A stretch of DNA of 63,273 nt, filler included, from Octopus bimaculoides (GCF_001194135.2; 8 parts of 7 records of this genome joined end to end with filler, not necessarily neighbours in it); one strand, 5' to 3'. Counted from the first letter of the whole stretch, positions 26,714-41,072 are shown. The notes: generated from the sequence alone by a model not told the origin. Translations and numbers: made by a program.

Positions 26714-28808
26714 GGTGGTGCTCCAACATGGCTGCAGTCAAAAGACTGAAACAAGTAAAAGAATATATATGTATGTATATATATATTAATGTGAGTTTAG
26801 AGGGATATATTATCTGGTCAGATACCGTAGTAGCTGTTATCTATGTTCCAGGTTATGGCTAACTGTATCAATTAGTATTTAACATCTATGACTTCTATGA
26901 GTTGTCAGTCAAACTGTAAATTTCTCTCATGGGTAATTCCATGTTTGCTTCATCACTGTATGGCAATATTATCTGGAGTGTATATTAACAATAATTATAA
27001 CAATAGAGAATATGGAGACTGGTACATCCTCAGAATTTATTTCCTTTTATTTTACAATGTCATACAACATGTTTTTATGATTATAACAACCTACACGTTT
27101 TTCCATTACACAAAGTATGGGCAGTTGGATATGCAACCGAGCATAATTTTCTGTGCAGCTTTGTTCAGGGTCTTTCAGCCAGCTTGGCTCAAAGCAAACT
27201 GAATTCAGTTAGTTGTTTATTGGTTAGGAGTCAGTGGAAAGCANNNNNNNNNNGGGGGGGGTGTTTTGAATCTGAAATCTGATCTGTTTGTAAACTAATG
27301 TGATTGACCTCGGCTTCACACCAATTTCTTGCTGAAGTCAAGATTATATCTAATTTAGTCAGAGTTTATGTTACTGTTTTGGCAAGCTTCTTTGTGTATT
27401 TTAGTAGATAGGCAATTAATAATGGGTGCTCCTTTGTGTATTTTAGTAATGGGTAGCTTACTTTTAAGTATAGTCCTTGTAATGTGTTTTATTTTAGGAT
27501 GGTCCAGTTCCATGTTATGTTCTTAGCTATTCAGATATTTTCATAGCTGTGTTTTTTATTATGCTGGGTAGAGGAAAGGAAAAAGAATATATACTATGTT
27601 AATTGGGAAGTTCAGGACATGTGCTTCTATCTTTACTTCATCTTATTTCTATCTGTAAACAAATTTAAATGATTTGTTTGCACTTTTTTTTTTTTTTTTT
27701 TTTTTGAAATTTAGCAAGCTGGCCACTAAGTACCAGGCTCAAAAAAAAGAAAAGTACTGGGGTTGATTCACTCAACTAAAAAGCTCTTCAATGTGGTGCC
27801 CCAGCATGGCCACAGTCTAATGACTGAAACAAGTAAAAGATAAAATATTAAAAAAAAACAATAAACCTGGTTATTTTCATTTGCAGACAAAAAGCTGTGT
27901 TTTTAATTCTGTTTTGAACCCGTGTTAACTCTATATCTGTCTTGTGTATCACATGTAATGCACAGGATATATTTACCTGAGGTTCGTGTACCTTATATAT
28001 AAAAGCCAAAATATATATATAGAATATACAGAATGTATATAAGCCAGAATGTATGAAATTAAGACTTACTATAAATCTGAAAATAACGATGGACATTTAG
28101 GACAAACTTATGAAAATGATTTTCAAAATCACTAGAATGTTATACAAAGTAGAAACTGAAGAGTAAGTTTGTCAATATAGCAGCACTTTTATTTGGTTTT
28201 GTTGTCTGTTGTTTTCTGTTTTTAATCTTTGTGTTGTCACTCTAAAGCAGTGTTTCCCAAACTTTTGGGGCCAAATTGCAATATCACCCACCTATCGGCC
28301 AAAAAATGCTCCATTGCCCACCTGTGTAAAAAAAGCCCTGATACAACCCCATCAGCACCCCCACCATACACTATATCGTAGACTCATTGCCCTGTTAGTG
28401 CCGTTTGTACTAAATATGCAGTTCTTTTACAAATCTCTTATTGTAGGTTTAGTTTTGCCATTAGTGTCAATAAAATTGTAACGTTAACTCTATATTTTTC
28501 AGACAGATTTACTTCTGGAAACTTGCGCTTTCTTTTACACTGATTTTCATTTTCTCCAAATGAACCATTGATCAGAACTACCGATGCAAAAATAATCAAT
28601 GATTGTTTTAAAAAGGAAAACAATAAAGCTTTTTAATGAGAACTATGTGTCTGGTGCGATGCAATGAGTGCATTCGGTTTCTAACCTGTCGACCTTAGCC
28701 GCAAGTCTCCTCGTTGTATCACATCCAGTCCAATTCTTTTATGGGAAAATCAAGTTCCAGCATGATTAAAACCAAATTCAACCAGATATGAGGTAGGGAA
28801 GGCAAGCG

Positions 28809-28847
<39 letters not shown>

Positions 28848-29319
28848 CACAATATCTCCCAAAACTAGAAACACTTAATTACATATTGTTCTAATATAAT
28901 AAAACTATGAATGAAGACAATCCTGCAATATCATCACATTTAATAACAGAAACAATAAAACAACCACAAACCATGCAAACATTAACAAGGTTTAACAAAA
29001 ATGAAGGACAACTCAGAATAATGAGATACCATGACATAAAAGATTCATAGACAAGAAGTATATCACACATTTATCCCTGTCATCAGCTGCCGATAATTCT
29101 CACCTGCTGTTACTGGACAAGACTCATTACCACTGAAATCGATTGTGTTTTTAAACACAGCACATGCATAACACATACTATCTTCAGACAAACATTGTAG
29201 TAAGGTTGCCTTTTTCAAAATGCATTTACACTAATTTGATAGAGACAGAACACACACACACATGCATGCATGCACACACACATGAACACACACACAATCA
29301 TCATCATCATCATCATCAT

Positions 29320-30110
29320 CATTTGATGTTTGTTTCCCATGTTAGCATAGGGTGGATGGTTTGACTGAAAACTGGGGAGCTGTGGAGCTGCACCAGGTTC
29401 TAATCTGATTTGGCATTGTTTCCGCTGCTAGATGACCTTCCTAACACCAACCACTCCAAGAGTGTAGCAGGTGCTTCTTAAGTGCCACCAGCATGGGTGC
29501 CAGTTACATAACATCGGCATTGGCCATGACTATGATGTCACTTGGCTTGACAGGTCTTCTCAAGCACAGTATATTGCCAAAGGTCTCAGTCACTTGTCAC
29601 TGCCTCCACAAGGCCCAACGTTTGTAGGGTGTTTTTTACATGTCACTGGTATGGGTGCTGGTTATGTGACACTAGCATCAGTTCACTTGGTTTTATGGGT
29701 CTTCTCAAGCTCGGCATATCACCCAGCATTCGAGGGGTGCTTTTTACATTCCATCAGCATGGGTGCCAGTTACATAACATTATCATCAGCCACAACTATG
29801 ATTTCACTTGGCTTGATGGGTCTTCTCAAGCATGGCATATTGCCAAAGGTCTCAGTCATTTGCCATTGCTTCTGTGAGGCCCAACATTTGAAGATCATGC
29901 TTCATCACCTCGTCCCATGTCTTTCTAAGTATACCTCTTCCACAGGTTTCCTCCTTTGTTAAAGATTGGCACTTCTTCACGCAGCTGTCCTTGTCCATAT
30001 GCATCTCATGACCACACCAACGCAGTCATCTCACTTGCACACCATGTCTGATGCCTCTTATGCCCAACTTTTCTCTCAAGACATTTACACTCTGTCATAC
30101 ATGCACACTG
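29320..30110 (-). mobile_element. 5'-truncated RTE LINE (ORF C-terminus + 3' UTR)
   Basis: LREKLGIRGIR...LRWCGHEMHMDKDSCVKKC...RKTWDEVMKHDL..LGLTEAM..DRDLW...LEKTHQAK*. Confidence 0.85.
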
Positions 30111-31368
30111 ACACTGTACATGCAGAGAAAGCAGTAATTGTCCAAATGAGGAGTAATCTACTAGCTACTCCTCAGGCCAAAGATCAAATGAAGTTTATAT
30201 TGTCATCAAAGGCTCCCATGTTGACTTGCAGGAGATTCAATCAAAAATGAGGTTCTGCTAGCTGTGAAAATATATACCCTGGATTTTATCTACTTCATTA
30301 CCTAATTTTGGATTTTTAATCACATACACATCAAACCCAGCTGTTAACCATAAGCTACAAAACGACTTTTTCAGTTTATTGAACTTCAATATGGGAAAAA
30401 TTTATGATCTTCTTCATCAATAAACCACTATTGTTCCTGAAAGTTGTTTTGTATACCTTCTATAGACTGCTTGTAGCTTACTAACTTTCCACACCTTGAT
30501 CCTTGGATCTTACCTTTACACACACACACATACACACACACAGACACATATCCATTTAGTTTGTTTATGGGAAATGTTTTTGGGTACGCACATAAAAGAT
30601 CCAATGTTATAATGCCAGCTACACTCTAGTGATTCCAATTTGCAACAGCAGTTTTATTGGATTGTACCAAACTGTGCCAATATAATGTAGGATAAATATA
30701 GTAATAATAATAACAATAATCCATGGATGGAATTTATACATATTTTAATGTATTGCTTCATATGTTTCCATCCGTAATGCATTTTACAGTTGTGCTGATC
30801 ACCTGTATGGTGAAGAATCCTACACTGCGGAGTGGTAACGACTAGGGTAAGGTAGTTGACTGCTTATTGTGATCATTCATCTTTTGGTTTCCTGTAGCTT
30901 TGCTTTCTTTTACAAACCCAGTAAACATTCATACATTTCCAATTTCAAAGAAATTTGAACAATAGATATAAGACACAAGTTAAAAAAGATTCCCAACAAT
31001 TCAACTTCTCTGGTTGACTTTAAGACCCCACCCCTTAATAGGGGCCTTAACTTCCACATTTTAGAGCTCCAATGTGCTCCATGTGCTTCATTTTTCAGGA
31101 GCTAAAACCTTTGAATAGGTTTTATAAGATTTGGATTTTGGGATCTGGGCATAAAGATGAGTAATATAGGATAAATGCGTCATGATTAGAATTTTTGTTA
31201 GGGTGTGTAAAGAGGGAAAGAACCCTCATTAAAATTCTTAATGTCCAATTTTGATAAAATTCTAATCATAGGTATTCCAGTTCATGAGAGAAAATATAAA
31301 AGAAAAGTCTAATTCTTCAATTCCATGTGACACAGGCAATCCCAAGTATCTCTGCTAGTATATATATA

Positions 31369-31422
<54 letters not shown>

Positions 31423-31544
31423 CATACATATACATACAGACATAAAGATAAATTAAATAGAGGGATACTATTGACAATTCAATAATTTATCTATATTATA
31501 ACATTACATGATATACTATGAATATAACATAACATAACATAATA

Positions 31545-31968
31545 TGCGGTCGATGCTAGGTCTGCTTGACTGGCTCCCATGCTGGTGGCATGTAAAATGC
31601 ACCATCCAAATGTGACCATTGCCAGTACCTCCTGACTGACTCTCATGCTGGTGGCACGTAAAAAGCACCAACTGAACATAGCCGATGCCAGTACACTCTG
31701 ACTGGCCCCTGTGCCAGTGACATGTAAAAAGCACTATCCAAACATGATCAATGCCAGGCCCACCTGACTGGCTCCTGTGCTGGTGGCACATAAAAAGCAC
31801 CCAATACACTCTTAGAGTGTTTGGCGTTAGGAAGAGCATCCAGCTGTAGAAACATTGCCAGATCAGATTGGAGTCTGGTGCAGCTGCTGGCTCTCCCGAC
31901 CACAGTCAAACCGTCCAACCCATGCCAGCATGGAAAACAGACGTTAAACGATTATGATGATGACGATA
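31545..31968 (+). mobile_element. RTE 3' UTR with an array of ~60-bp subrepeats
   Basis: About 4 units like CTGACTGGCTCCCATGCTGGTGGCATGTAAAAAGCACC, then the common RTE tail. Confidence 0.75.
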
Positions 31969-33852
31969 TATATAGGGAGAATTCACAAAAAAACAAAAGA
32001 TGAAGACAAGTAGTGTAAGACAACAAGCAGATGTATTAGTTTAACACTTGAGAAGTGAAAAAGTCTGTAACATTTTGAGCCTATGCTCTTCCACAGAAAG
32101 GAACACAGAAAGAAACAAGGAGAGAAAATAAAGAATGTATAGTGGCTAGTGATCTATCATGGCGAGTGCCAGACAGAGGGGTCACACAGGTGAGCTAGGA
32201 AGAAGGGGAGATAATAAAGTAGTGGTGATCCCAAAACGAAGCATTAGGCAATTCATGAGGTTACACAAGGCAATTTAGAATGGTGAGCGCGGAGTAGTCT
32301 TTTTATCTTTTACCTTTTACTTGTTTTAGTCATTAGACTGCAACCATGCTGGGGCACTACCTTGAGGAATTTTAGTTAAACTAATCGATTATAGTACTTA
32401 CTTTCCTTTTAAACCTGGTACTTATTCTATGTCAATGAAATGCAAAAATAAATTCCACTGCTACTAATGTAGGAAAACAGTGACCGAAAAATTAGTGGTG
32501 TTGCAATTAGCTATCCATTATATGAACACAAGCAGCATTAAAATAGATTAAAATAACCATCTGTATTTTTGCAATGTATTTGCATTAAGTATGATACTAC
32601 TCTAATACTACTAATCCGTTATCATACCTGCATGTTCAAGTGATTCAGTTCTGTGTATATACATATATTAACTCATTTACTGACATTTATTACTGGTTTC
32701 TCCCATTGTTTTGATGTGACATATTGTACAGTTAATAAAACTGTCAGTATTTTTCTCGACATAGGTATGCTAGTAGTGGTTTACACATGATGTTCGGGTG
32801 ATCTGATGAGCTAGCTTTCTTTATTTGCATTGATTTGTGAATATATAATTGCATAATGCATAGCATGCATATTAATGCAAACATATAAACACACAGTAAT
32901 TATTGCTACATGGAGAAGCTGTGACACGACCATAACACTATGGAAGTCAAGTGGTTAAATGATGACGATAATGATGATTCCCCTCTCATGCTTCTTGACA
33001 TTTTATGGCTTATATATTCCTCATGAAACTATTTTACCGACTGGATCTTCTGCACTTCAGCTGCATGGAAACTCTGCATTAAACTCTTTTGTATTGGATT
33101 ACTATGTTATCTATTAGTCAAGTTCATTAGAGGAACTCTCTGTGGTAGCCACATGATTCCCTGAATCAATATCTTATACTACAAAAGGCAGCGAGTTAAC
33201 AGAAACATTAGCACGCCAGGTGAAATGCTTAGCGGTATTTTGTTTGCCTCTATGTTCTGAGTTCAAATTCCACTGAGATCGACTTTGCCCTTCATCCTTC
33301 TGAGATCAATAAATTAAGTACCAGTTGCATACTGGGTTCGATCTAAGCGACTGGCCCCCTCCCCCAAAATTTCAGGCCTTGTGCCTAGAATAGAAAAGAA
33401 TATTAATAACTCCCCCCCCCATACACACACACACTTATGGCCTTGTGCCAAAATTTTAAATCAATATTAATAACCCCTTACCTTTCATCTTTCTAGTTTT
33501 GATAAAATTTAGTATCAGTCAAGTACTCTGTTTATTTTGTATACCTATATTGTGACCTAGAGGTGAATGGAATTACAACGGAAGACCGAAAAAATACAGC
33601 CTACCATGATATCTCTAGTGTTTCATTTCGTCTTCTTTTACTATTCTTTTTACATTTACAATGTTTTACAAGAATACTTATTCAATCTCAGCAGGATTGG
33701 AACATGGAATGCAAAAAAACAGAACTAAATAACACATATTTTCTCTGAAGCTCTATCCATTGTACTGTTTCCCAGAACGATCATTATCAACATCCTCATC
33801 ATCATCATCATCAGCAGCAGCAGCATCATTATGATGTCCACTGCATATACTT

Positions 33853-34156
33853 ACATATACATATATATATGTATATACACATACATACACATGTGCACCC
33901 GTATATACATATGTATACATATATATACATATATACACACACACACACATATATATATTCACATCTATATAAATACACACTGATACGCGTGGGTACGTAT
34001 GTGCATATGTATAAATGTGGACGTATGAGTGTGTGTATTTATATAGATGTGTATATATATATGTGTGTGTGTGTATATATGTATATATATGTATACATAT
34101 GTATATACGGGTGCACATGTGTATGTATGTGTATATACATATATATATGTATATGT
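33853..34156. repeat. ~125-bp near-perfect inverted repeat of TA/CA-rich sequence, 50-bp spacer
   Basis: 33853-33980 is the reverse complement of 34031-34156, including unique anchors GTGCACCCG/CGGGTGCAC. Confidence 0.85.
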
Positions 34157-37100
34157 GTGTGCGTGTGTATCGGTATGCATGTATATGTGTGTGTTTGTGT
34201 ATGTGTATTTATGTATGCATGNNNNNNNNNNNNNNNNNNNNNNNNNNNNNNNNNNNNNNNNNNNNTTAATTAATTAANNNNNNNNNNNNNNNNNNNNNNN
34301 NNNNNNNNNNNNNNNNNNNNNTCCCTTCGGTGATGACAAATTCTAGAATACTGATGCTAAGTGGGATATGACAGTAAATCATCGGTGTGTATAACCAGAT
34401 AAGAAAACAAACGCGCAAGTTATTTGTCTGCTAGTAGCTACGTAAGTTCAAATTCAGACAAGGTCAAACTCTCTTCATCGCAGACGCAAATATGAACGGC
34501 AAACTAACTAGATTTCTCAGTTAGCGTATGTACATATTCATTTATGAATGTATGTCTGTGTAATTGTTTGTGTTTGTGTATGTATGTGTGTAATATGTAT
34601 ATATATATCCCTATATCTCCTTCCCCAACATAGATAATCCACACCTAATTTATATCTTACATTATCTAATGACTGTATTACCTTTATGAAACATTTTTTT
34701 TAAATGGTCAGACTGAAAAATTCTTCTAGAAAAATGTATGGAATTTTAATACTCTTTCATCCGCCCGCCAGCTATTTGCAATGAGTAGATGACAACAAAA
34801 ACATAGCAATGTTGCACCACCCTGGTGGCCGATCACATTTACAGAGAACATCACAGAGATGCGAGCTTCACTTCATGTATGGCTATTCTCTTCACCAAAC
34901 TAAAAACAACTATTCAGTTGATATGAAAGAAGATGATACTAAAATATGATACTCGTATAACATAGTTTAATACAAAAACACCTCAAAAATGAATATATAC
35001 ACATACCACAAATACACTGTTTTATCTGTGCGGACACTACTCGTTAATATGATATCGAAACGACTTAAATCATTAAAACCTGCACAAGAAATTTCTATTA
35101 AATACTAAATTAAGTATTTAAATCAGGGGTTGGCGAACCGGGGGGTAAATTACCCCAATTGGGATAAAAATGAAATTTTGGGGTGTAATGCAGACTTATT
35201 AGGCATAAGTAAAATTATATAAAATAGAACGTGTTCATTGTTAAGACAGAATTTTTTTCTTCTGGCAACACTGTATCTGTTCATTGTAATGGACGTGTGT
35301 ATAGATTCGTATAAATAGATTCAATAAACCTTTTGAATCTATGATTTTCTTCTTTTCAAATCAAATGGGTAACGTCAACATAAGTATATATATTTAGAGC
35401 ATAAGTATATATATTTTAAATGCATCAAATGACATTTCTTTTTCTAGAATCGTCATCGCCATGTATCGTACGCTTTTGCCGCACGTTGATGCCACAACAA
35501 CAACAACGAAAGGCTTCCCGATTAAGCACGAATTCTCCCATCGGATAATGTGATAGCTTTACTTCACTCTTACTTTCTCATAGTATTTTCTTGGCAAATA
35601 TACTGGTGAGGTTTTCCAATGCCTTCACCAACTGGATGGCCGTTGGCCCACAAAGAAGAGCTCGTCTGTCATTCTTTTAAGTTCTGTCGGATGTCGAGAA
35701 ACCTTCGTCACAAGTCTACTTACATTTGAGATGTACGTGTGTATATAACTCTTTAACTTGTTTCATCTTTAAAGCTGGGGCCATGTTGGAGCACCACCGT
35801 TGAATAAATTTAGTTTCATACTATATTCCAGTATACTACCACTGCATTCTACTTACATGCACAGAATCACACAGAATTTCCCTACAGAACCTCTTTAAAT
35901 ATCTTTCAATATGTGTATGATGAAAGATACTCAAATTGTTTTCTTCCACAAATTATATTTGTAAAGCAGGCAGCATCTTATGCATCGTATACTCAGGCAT
36001 ATACTTATTTTATGGAAACTAGTGATATTGGTTTCAAATTTTGGCATAAGGCCAGTAATTCCAGAGGAAGAGGTAAGCTGATTACATCGACTTCAGTGCT
36101 CTACTGGTTTTTATTTTATCGACACGAAAAGGAGAAAAGACAAAGTCGACCTCGGCAGAATTTGAACGCTGAACGTAAAGACGGACAAAATGATGTTAAG
36201 TATTTTACCCAGCGTGCCAACGATTCTGCCAGTTTTGCCGCCTTGGGAACTGGTGAATTAAAAGAAAAACATGGGGGATTCGGAGCGGAGTTTGAACTCA
36301 GAAAGTAAAAAGACGTAAATGAATTCTTGAAGGCATGTATGTATATTTTTTTGTTTGTCCGGCGCTCTACCAATACAGATATTCCACCAGCCATTCTGTC
36401 ATCCACCCTTCCTTTATGCTATCATCAACAACAACAAGAACTAGAATAAGAACAACATTATCAACAACATCGGGAGTAATAACAACAGCAACGTCCTTAT
36501 CAACAACATCGGTAACAACAAGAACAAGAGCAAAGACCCAAATCTACAACTACCACAGTAGCAATAACATTATCAAAAACAACAACATCCTCCTCCTCCT
36601 CCTCCTCCTCCTCATCATCATCATCGTCATCATCGACAACAAAAGCAACACCAACAACAAAAACAGTAATGAACGATAATAGTCGGCGTTAAGAACATCA
36701 AAATAACAATTAAGATATGAAAAGATAGAGGTGGAAAATAACAGTTTGGAATGGATCATGTTGGTGGTGGTGGTGGGGGGGTCTGCATTTGTGGGTATGG
36801 TGTGGTGTCATAAAGTCGGGGTGTGTGATTGTGATTTGGGTGCGACGTGGTGTGGTCGTGTGGTAGCGTGACATAGTCTAATGTGGCGCGGTGTGGTTCG
36901 ATGATTAAGATATTGGTGGGCTGGTTGTTCTTTTATTTTGGTTTGTTTTTCTTTTTTTCTTTATTCTTTTTATTTCATTTTTGGTGGTTGCAGNNNNNNN
37001 NNNNNNNNNNNNNNNNNNNNNNNNNNNNNNNNNNNNNNNNNNNNNNNNNNNNNNNNNNNNNNNNNNNNNNNNNNNNNNNNNNNNNNNNNNNNNNNNNNNN

Positions 37101-37712
37101 NNNNNNNNNNNNNNNNNNNNNNNNNNNNNNNNNNNNNNNNNNNNNNNNNNNNNNNNNNNNNNNNNNNNNNNNNNNNNNNNNNNNNNNNNNNNNNNNNNNN
37201 NNNNNNNNNNNNNNNNNNNNNNNNNNNNNNNNNNNNNNNNNNNNNNNNNNNNNNNNNNNNNNNNNNNNNNNNNNNNNNNNNNNNNNNNNNNNNNNNNNNN
37301 NNNNNNNNNNNNNNNNNNNNNNNNNNNNNNNNNNNNNNNNNNNNNNNNNNNNNNNNNNNNNNNNNNNNNNNNNNNNNNNNNNNNNNNNNNNNNNNNNNNN
37401 NNNNNNNNNNNNNNNNNNNNNNNNNNNNNNNNNNNNNNNNNNNNNNNNNNNNNNNNNNNNNNNNNNNNNNNNNNNNNNNNNNNNNNNNNNNNNNNNNNNN
37501 NNNNNNNNNNNNNNNNNNNNNNNNNNNNNNNNNNNNNNNNNNNNNNNNNNNNNNNNNNNNNNNNNNNNNNNNNNNNNNNNNNNNNNNNNNNNNNNNNNNN
37601 NNNNNNNNNNNNNNNNNNNNNNNNNNNNNNNNNNNNNNNNNNNNNNNNNNNNNNNNNNNNNNNNNNNNNNNNNNNNNNNNNNNNNNNNNNNNNNNNNNNN
37701 NNNNNNNNNNNN

Positions 37713-37779
<67 letters not shown>

Positions 37780-37899
37780 TACATACGTACATAAACGTAC
37801 AAACATACATACATACACACACACATATATGTATATATACATATATATCTATCGCAGCCACTTGGCTGAAACACATAAATAAATAAATAAAAAATATGT

Positions 37900-39190
37900 G
37901 GGAGGGGGGTACATAGACAGATATAGACAGAAAGATAGATTTGTAATGAAACATGAACAAGGTGAATGAAAATGAAAGAAAATATGAAAGAGGGAAAATG
38001 AAAGAGACGGGATAATTGAATGAAAATATGAACGAAAGAGTCGGATGTTTAAAAATGCATGAAAGGAACGAGAATAATGAAGAAAAATATAATACAAAAA
38101 AAAACTGAACGAAAATGGAATGATGAAGGTAGAGAGAGTAAGAGGGATAGATAAGCAGTCAGAGAGAAAGTGAGAAGGAAAGAAATATAGAAAGAAAGAA
38201 AGTCGAAAAGAAAGAAAGGAAGAAGAAAGAATAAAGACAATTGTGATGAAAAACAAATAAAGAAAATTAAAAAAATGAAATATGATTTAATACAAACTAA
38301 ATGAAGGTTTCAAAGAAGGAAAGACGATGTAGAGAATGAATGAATAAACGAATGAAAAACTAGAGAACAAAAATTTGTGAAAGAAAGAAAGAAAGAGAAT
38401 ACAGGAAGAGAGAGAGGGTGGGAGAGAGAGAGGGGAGAGAGAGAAAAAGAGAGGAAAAGGAGAAGTGAAACAGGAAAGAAGAAAAAATTGAAAATGGCAA
38501 AAAAAAGAAAGAAAGAGAGAAAGGCAGAAAGAATGGTTGAAGGAAGGAAAAAAGACAAAATTGTATGGAAAAGAGATAGAAAAAAGAAAAACAAACAAAG
38601 TAAGAAGAATTGCAAGAAGGAGAGTAAAAAAGGAAGGAAATAGGTAAAGAATGAAGAAAAAGCAGGAACACTGAAGAAAGAGAAAGAAGGAAAGAAAGAG
38701 AAAACGAAGAATGAAGGAACGAACGAACGAAAAAGAAGAGAAAGAGAAAAAGAAAGAAAGAAAGAAAGAAAGAAAGAAGGAAAGAAAGAAAAAAAGAAAG
38801 GAAAAGGAAAGAAAGAGAAAAGAAACAGAAAGAGGACAAAGTGACGGAAAAGAAATATAGAAGGAAATGAAGAAGAAAGAGTCAAAGAAGGAAGAAAACG
38901 AATTGGATACAAAGAAGTAAAAAGAAAGAAGGAAAGGAAAGAAGAGAAAGAAAGAAAGAATGAATGAATGAATGAATGAATGAATGAAAGGAAAGAAAGA
39001 CAGGAAGAAAGAATGAAAGAAAGGAAAGAAAGAAAAAGAAGGAAAGAAATAAACGATTAAAACTATAGAAGGTAAGGTAAATAAAAAGAATGAGAAGCGA
39101 AAGAGAGAGAAAGAAAGATAGGACAAATAGGAAGGAAAAAAACAATGAGGTTTCAATAAACGAAATAATGAAAGAAAATAGGATTATATT
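37900..39190. repeat. ~1.3-kb purine-rich (GA/GAAA) low-complexity tract
   Basis: Directly visible; explains the Phe/Ser/Leu-rich minus-strand ORFs. Confidence 0.9.
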
Positions 39191-40119
39191 TGCATGAGTG
39201 TGTGTGTGTGTGTGTGTGTGTGATGNNNNNNNNNNNNNNNNNNNNNNNNNNNNNNNNNNNNNNNNNNNNNNNNNNNNNNNNNNNNNNNNNNNNNNNNNNN
39301 NNNNNNNNNNNNNNNNNNNNNNNNNATACATACATACATACATACATACATACATACACACATACATATGAACAGTAAAATTAAGAAGAGCGATATAAAA
39401 AAATATGGTAAACAATTCCTTTTCTGAGTTAACCAACAATCACTTAGTCTTCACCAATGTATCGGACACCTATACCTTAACAACCACTAACTACACTTCC
39501 AATACTAGCACCAATACCACCACTACCACCACCATACCATTTTCTCGACTACCACTATTGCTACCACTGATACCATGAACAGTATCACAGCAATATTGTG
39601 ATAGTGATGGTGGTGGTGGAAATGGTGATCGTTATGATGCTAGTGATGACGATAACGATGATGATGATGATAACGATGATGATGATATTGATGATGATGA
39701 TGGTAATGATGACGACGACTCGACGACAAGGATGATGATGATAACGATCACGAAGATAAGGATGATGAGGATGATGATGATGATGATGATGACGATGATG
39801 ATGATGATGACGATGACGACGATGATGACGATGATGATGGCAGTGATGAAGTTGATGATGATGATGATGATGACGCTGATGACGGCTGTTCACTCGAGAG
39901 GGTGGAATGTTATTCAGGGTATATACGGATTGGGGGTGATTTACGCTTAAGGGGGAGACAGAGAGAGAGAGGGGGAGACAGAGAGAGAGAGGGGGAGACA
40001 GAGAGAGAGAGGGGGAGANNNNNNNNNNNNNNNNNNNNNNNNNNNNNNNNNNNNNNNNNNNNTTAATTAATTAANNNNNNNNNNNNNNNNNNNNNNNNNN
40101 NNNNNNNNNNNNNNNNNNA

Positions 40120-40773
40120 CACCTGACAGGGGCACCTTACCACCCAGCTACCAACGGAGCAGCGGAATGTTTGGTGCAGACCTTCAAACAAGCTCTGAGG
40201 AAGTCTTCTCTTCCGCTGACACGAGCACTTCAAGAGTTCTTGATGCAGTACCGGAGAACACCGACATCCTGTGGATTCTCTCCGAGTGAACTTTTGAATC
40301 ACCGGCAGATACGAACAAGGATTGATTCTCTGCTGCCATCGCCAGCACACATTGCTCAAGGCAAACTGTCTAAGGAAGCACATAAGTCTCAGGTGATTCC
40401 AAGCTCGCCTGTGTATGCACTATACTATGGACCTCGCCGAGACAAAGATCCCCGATGGATACCAGCAACCATTAAGAAGTCATTGGGTACTCGCTGCTTT
40501 AACGTGAAGGTCATACCTCAAGGCCCGACGTGGAGACGACACTGGGAACAGCTGCGACCGCGGTAGACAACTGAGGAAGACAATGAACCTGGTGATGCAG
40601 AAAACACTGAATTTGAATTTGCAACAGATCACCCGATGGAGATCTCGGAAACTGTGCCACTAACTCAACGACAAACCAGACCCAAGATCATGTTACCCGT
40701 TCCAGAGTATGGACCAGACAACCCAAGACGATCCAAGAGAACCCGTAAAACCCAAGAGAGACTTTGCTGTTGA
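40120..40773 (+). mobile_element. Ty3/Gypsy pol: integrase C-terminal part, 5' end lost at linker
   Basis: HLTGAPYHPATNGAAECLVQTFKQAL...FLMQYRRTP...SPSELL..RQIRT...WRRHWEQLRPR; one TAG at 40564, then in frame to RRSKRTRK. Confidence 0.92.
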
Positions 40774-40807
40774 TACTTCTTGTGTAGCATCAATTTCAGT
40801 GGGGAGG

Positions 40808-41072
40808 TGTTATATGGAGTGTTGGATATGTTATTCGTTTGACGTTCCGTGTGTCACTGTGGTTCGTCTGAGTTCATTGTTTCATTGTTGGTGTCTTGTG
40901 TGACTGTCGTAGTAAAATGTCATTAATAGATATGGCGGACATGACTTTTGTTTATTAACACAGCGAACATTGGGTGAGTGCGTTCTTTGTATGTAATTGA
41001 ATAATAAATGTAATAATTAAATTGTACAACTCGTTGTCTTTTCTCTGCGAGTCTCCCGAGGGAAGTACAACA
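40808..41072 (+). mobile_element. 3' LTR of the Gypsy element (265 bp)
   Basis: Polypurine tract GGGGAGG directly before TGTT...AACA termini; internal AATAAA. Confidence 0.85.

Noticed and set aside
28438-28623. Signal-peptide-like ORF MFSFLKQSLIIFASVVLINGSFG
   Set aside because: Starts at TTG shortly after a stop, with no ATG, clear acceptor or recognisable homology
31545-31810. CRISPR-like repeat arrays (also 52360-52640, 61400-61900)
   Set aside because: Units are degenerate, lack unique spacers and cas genes, and are fused to RTE 3' tails in a eukaryotic context
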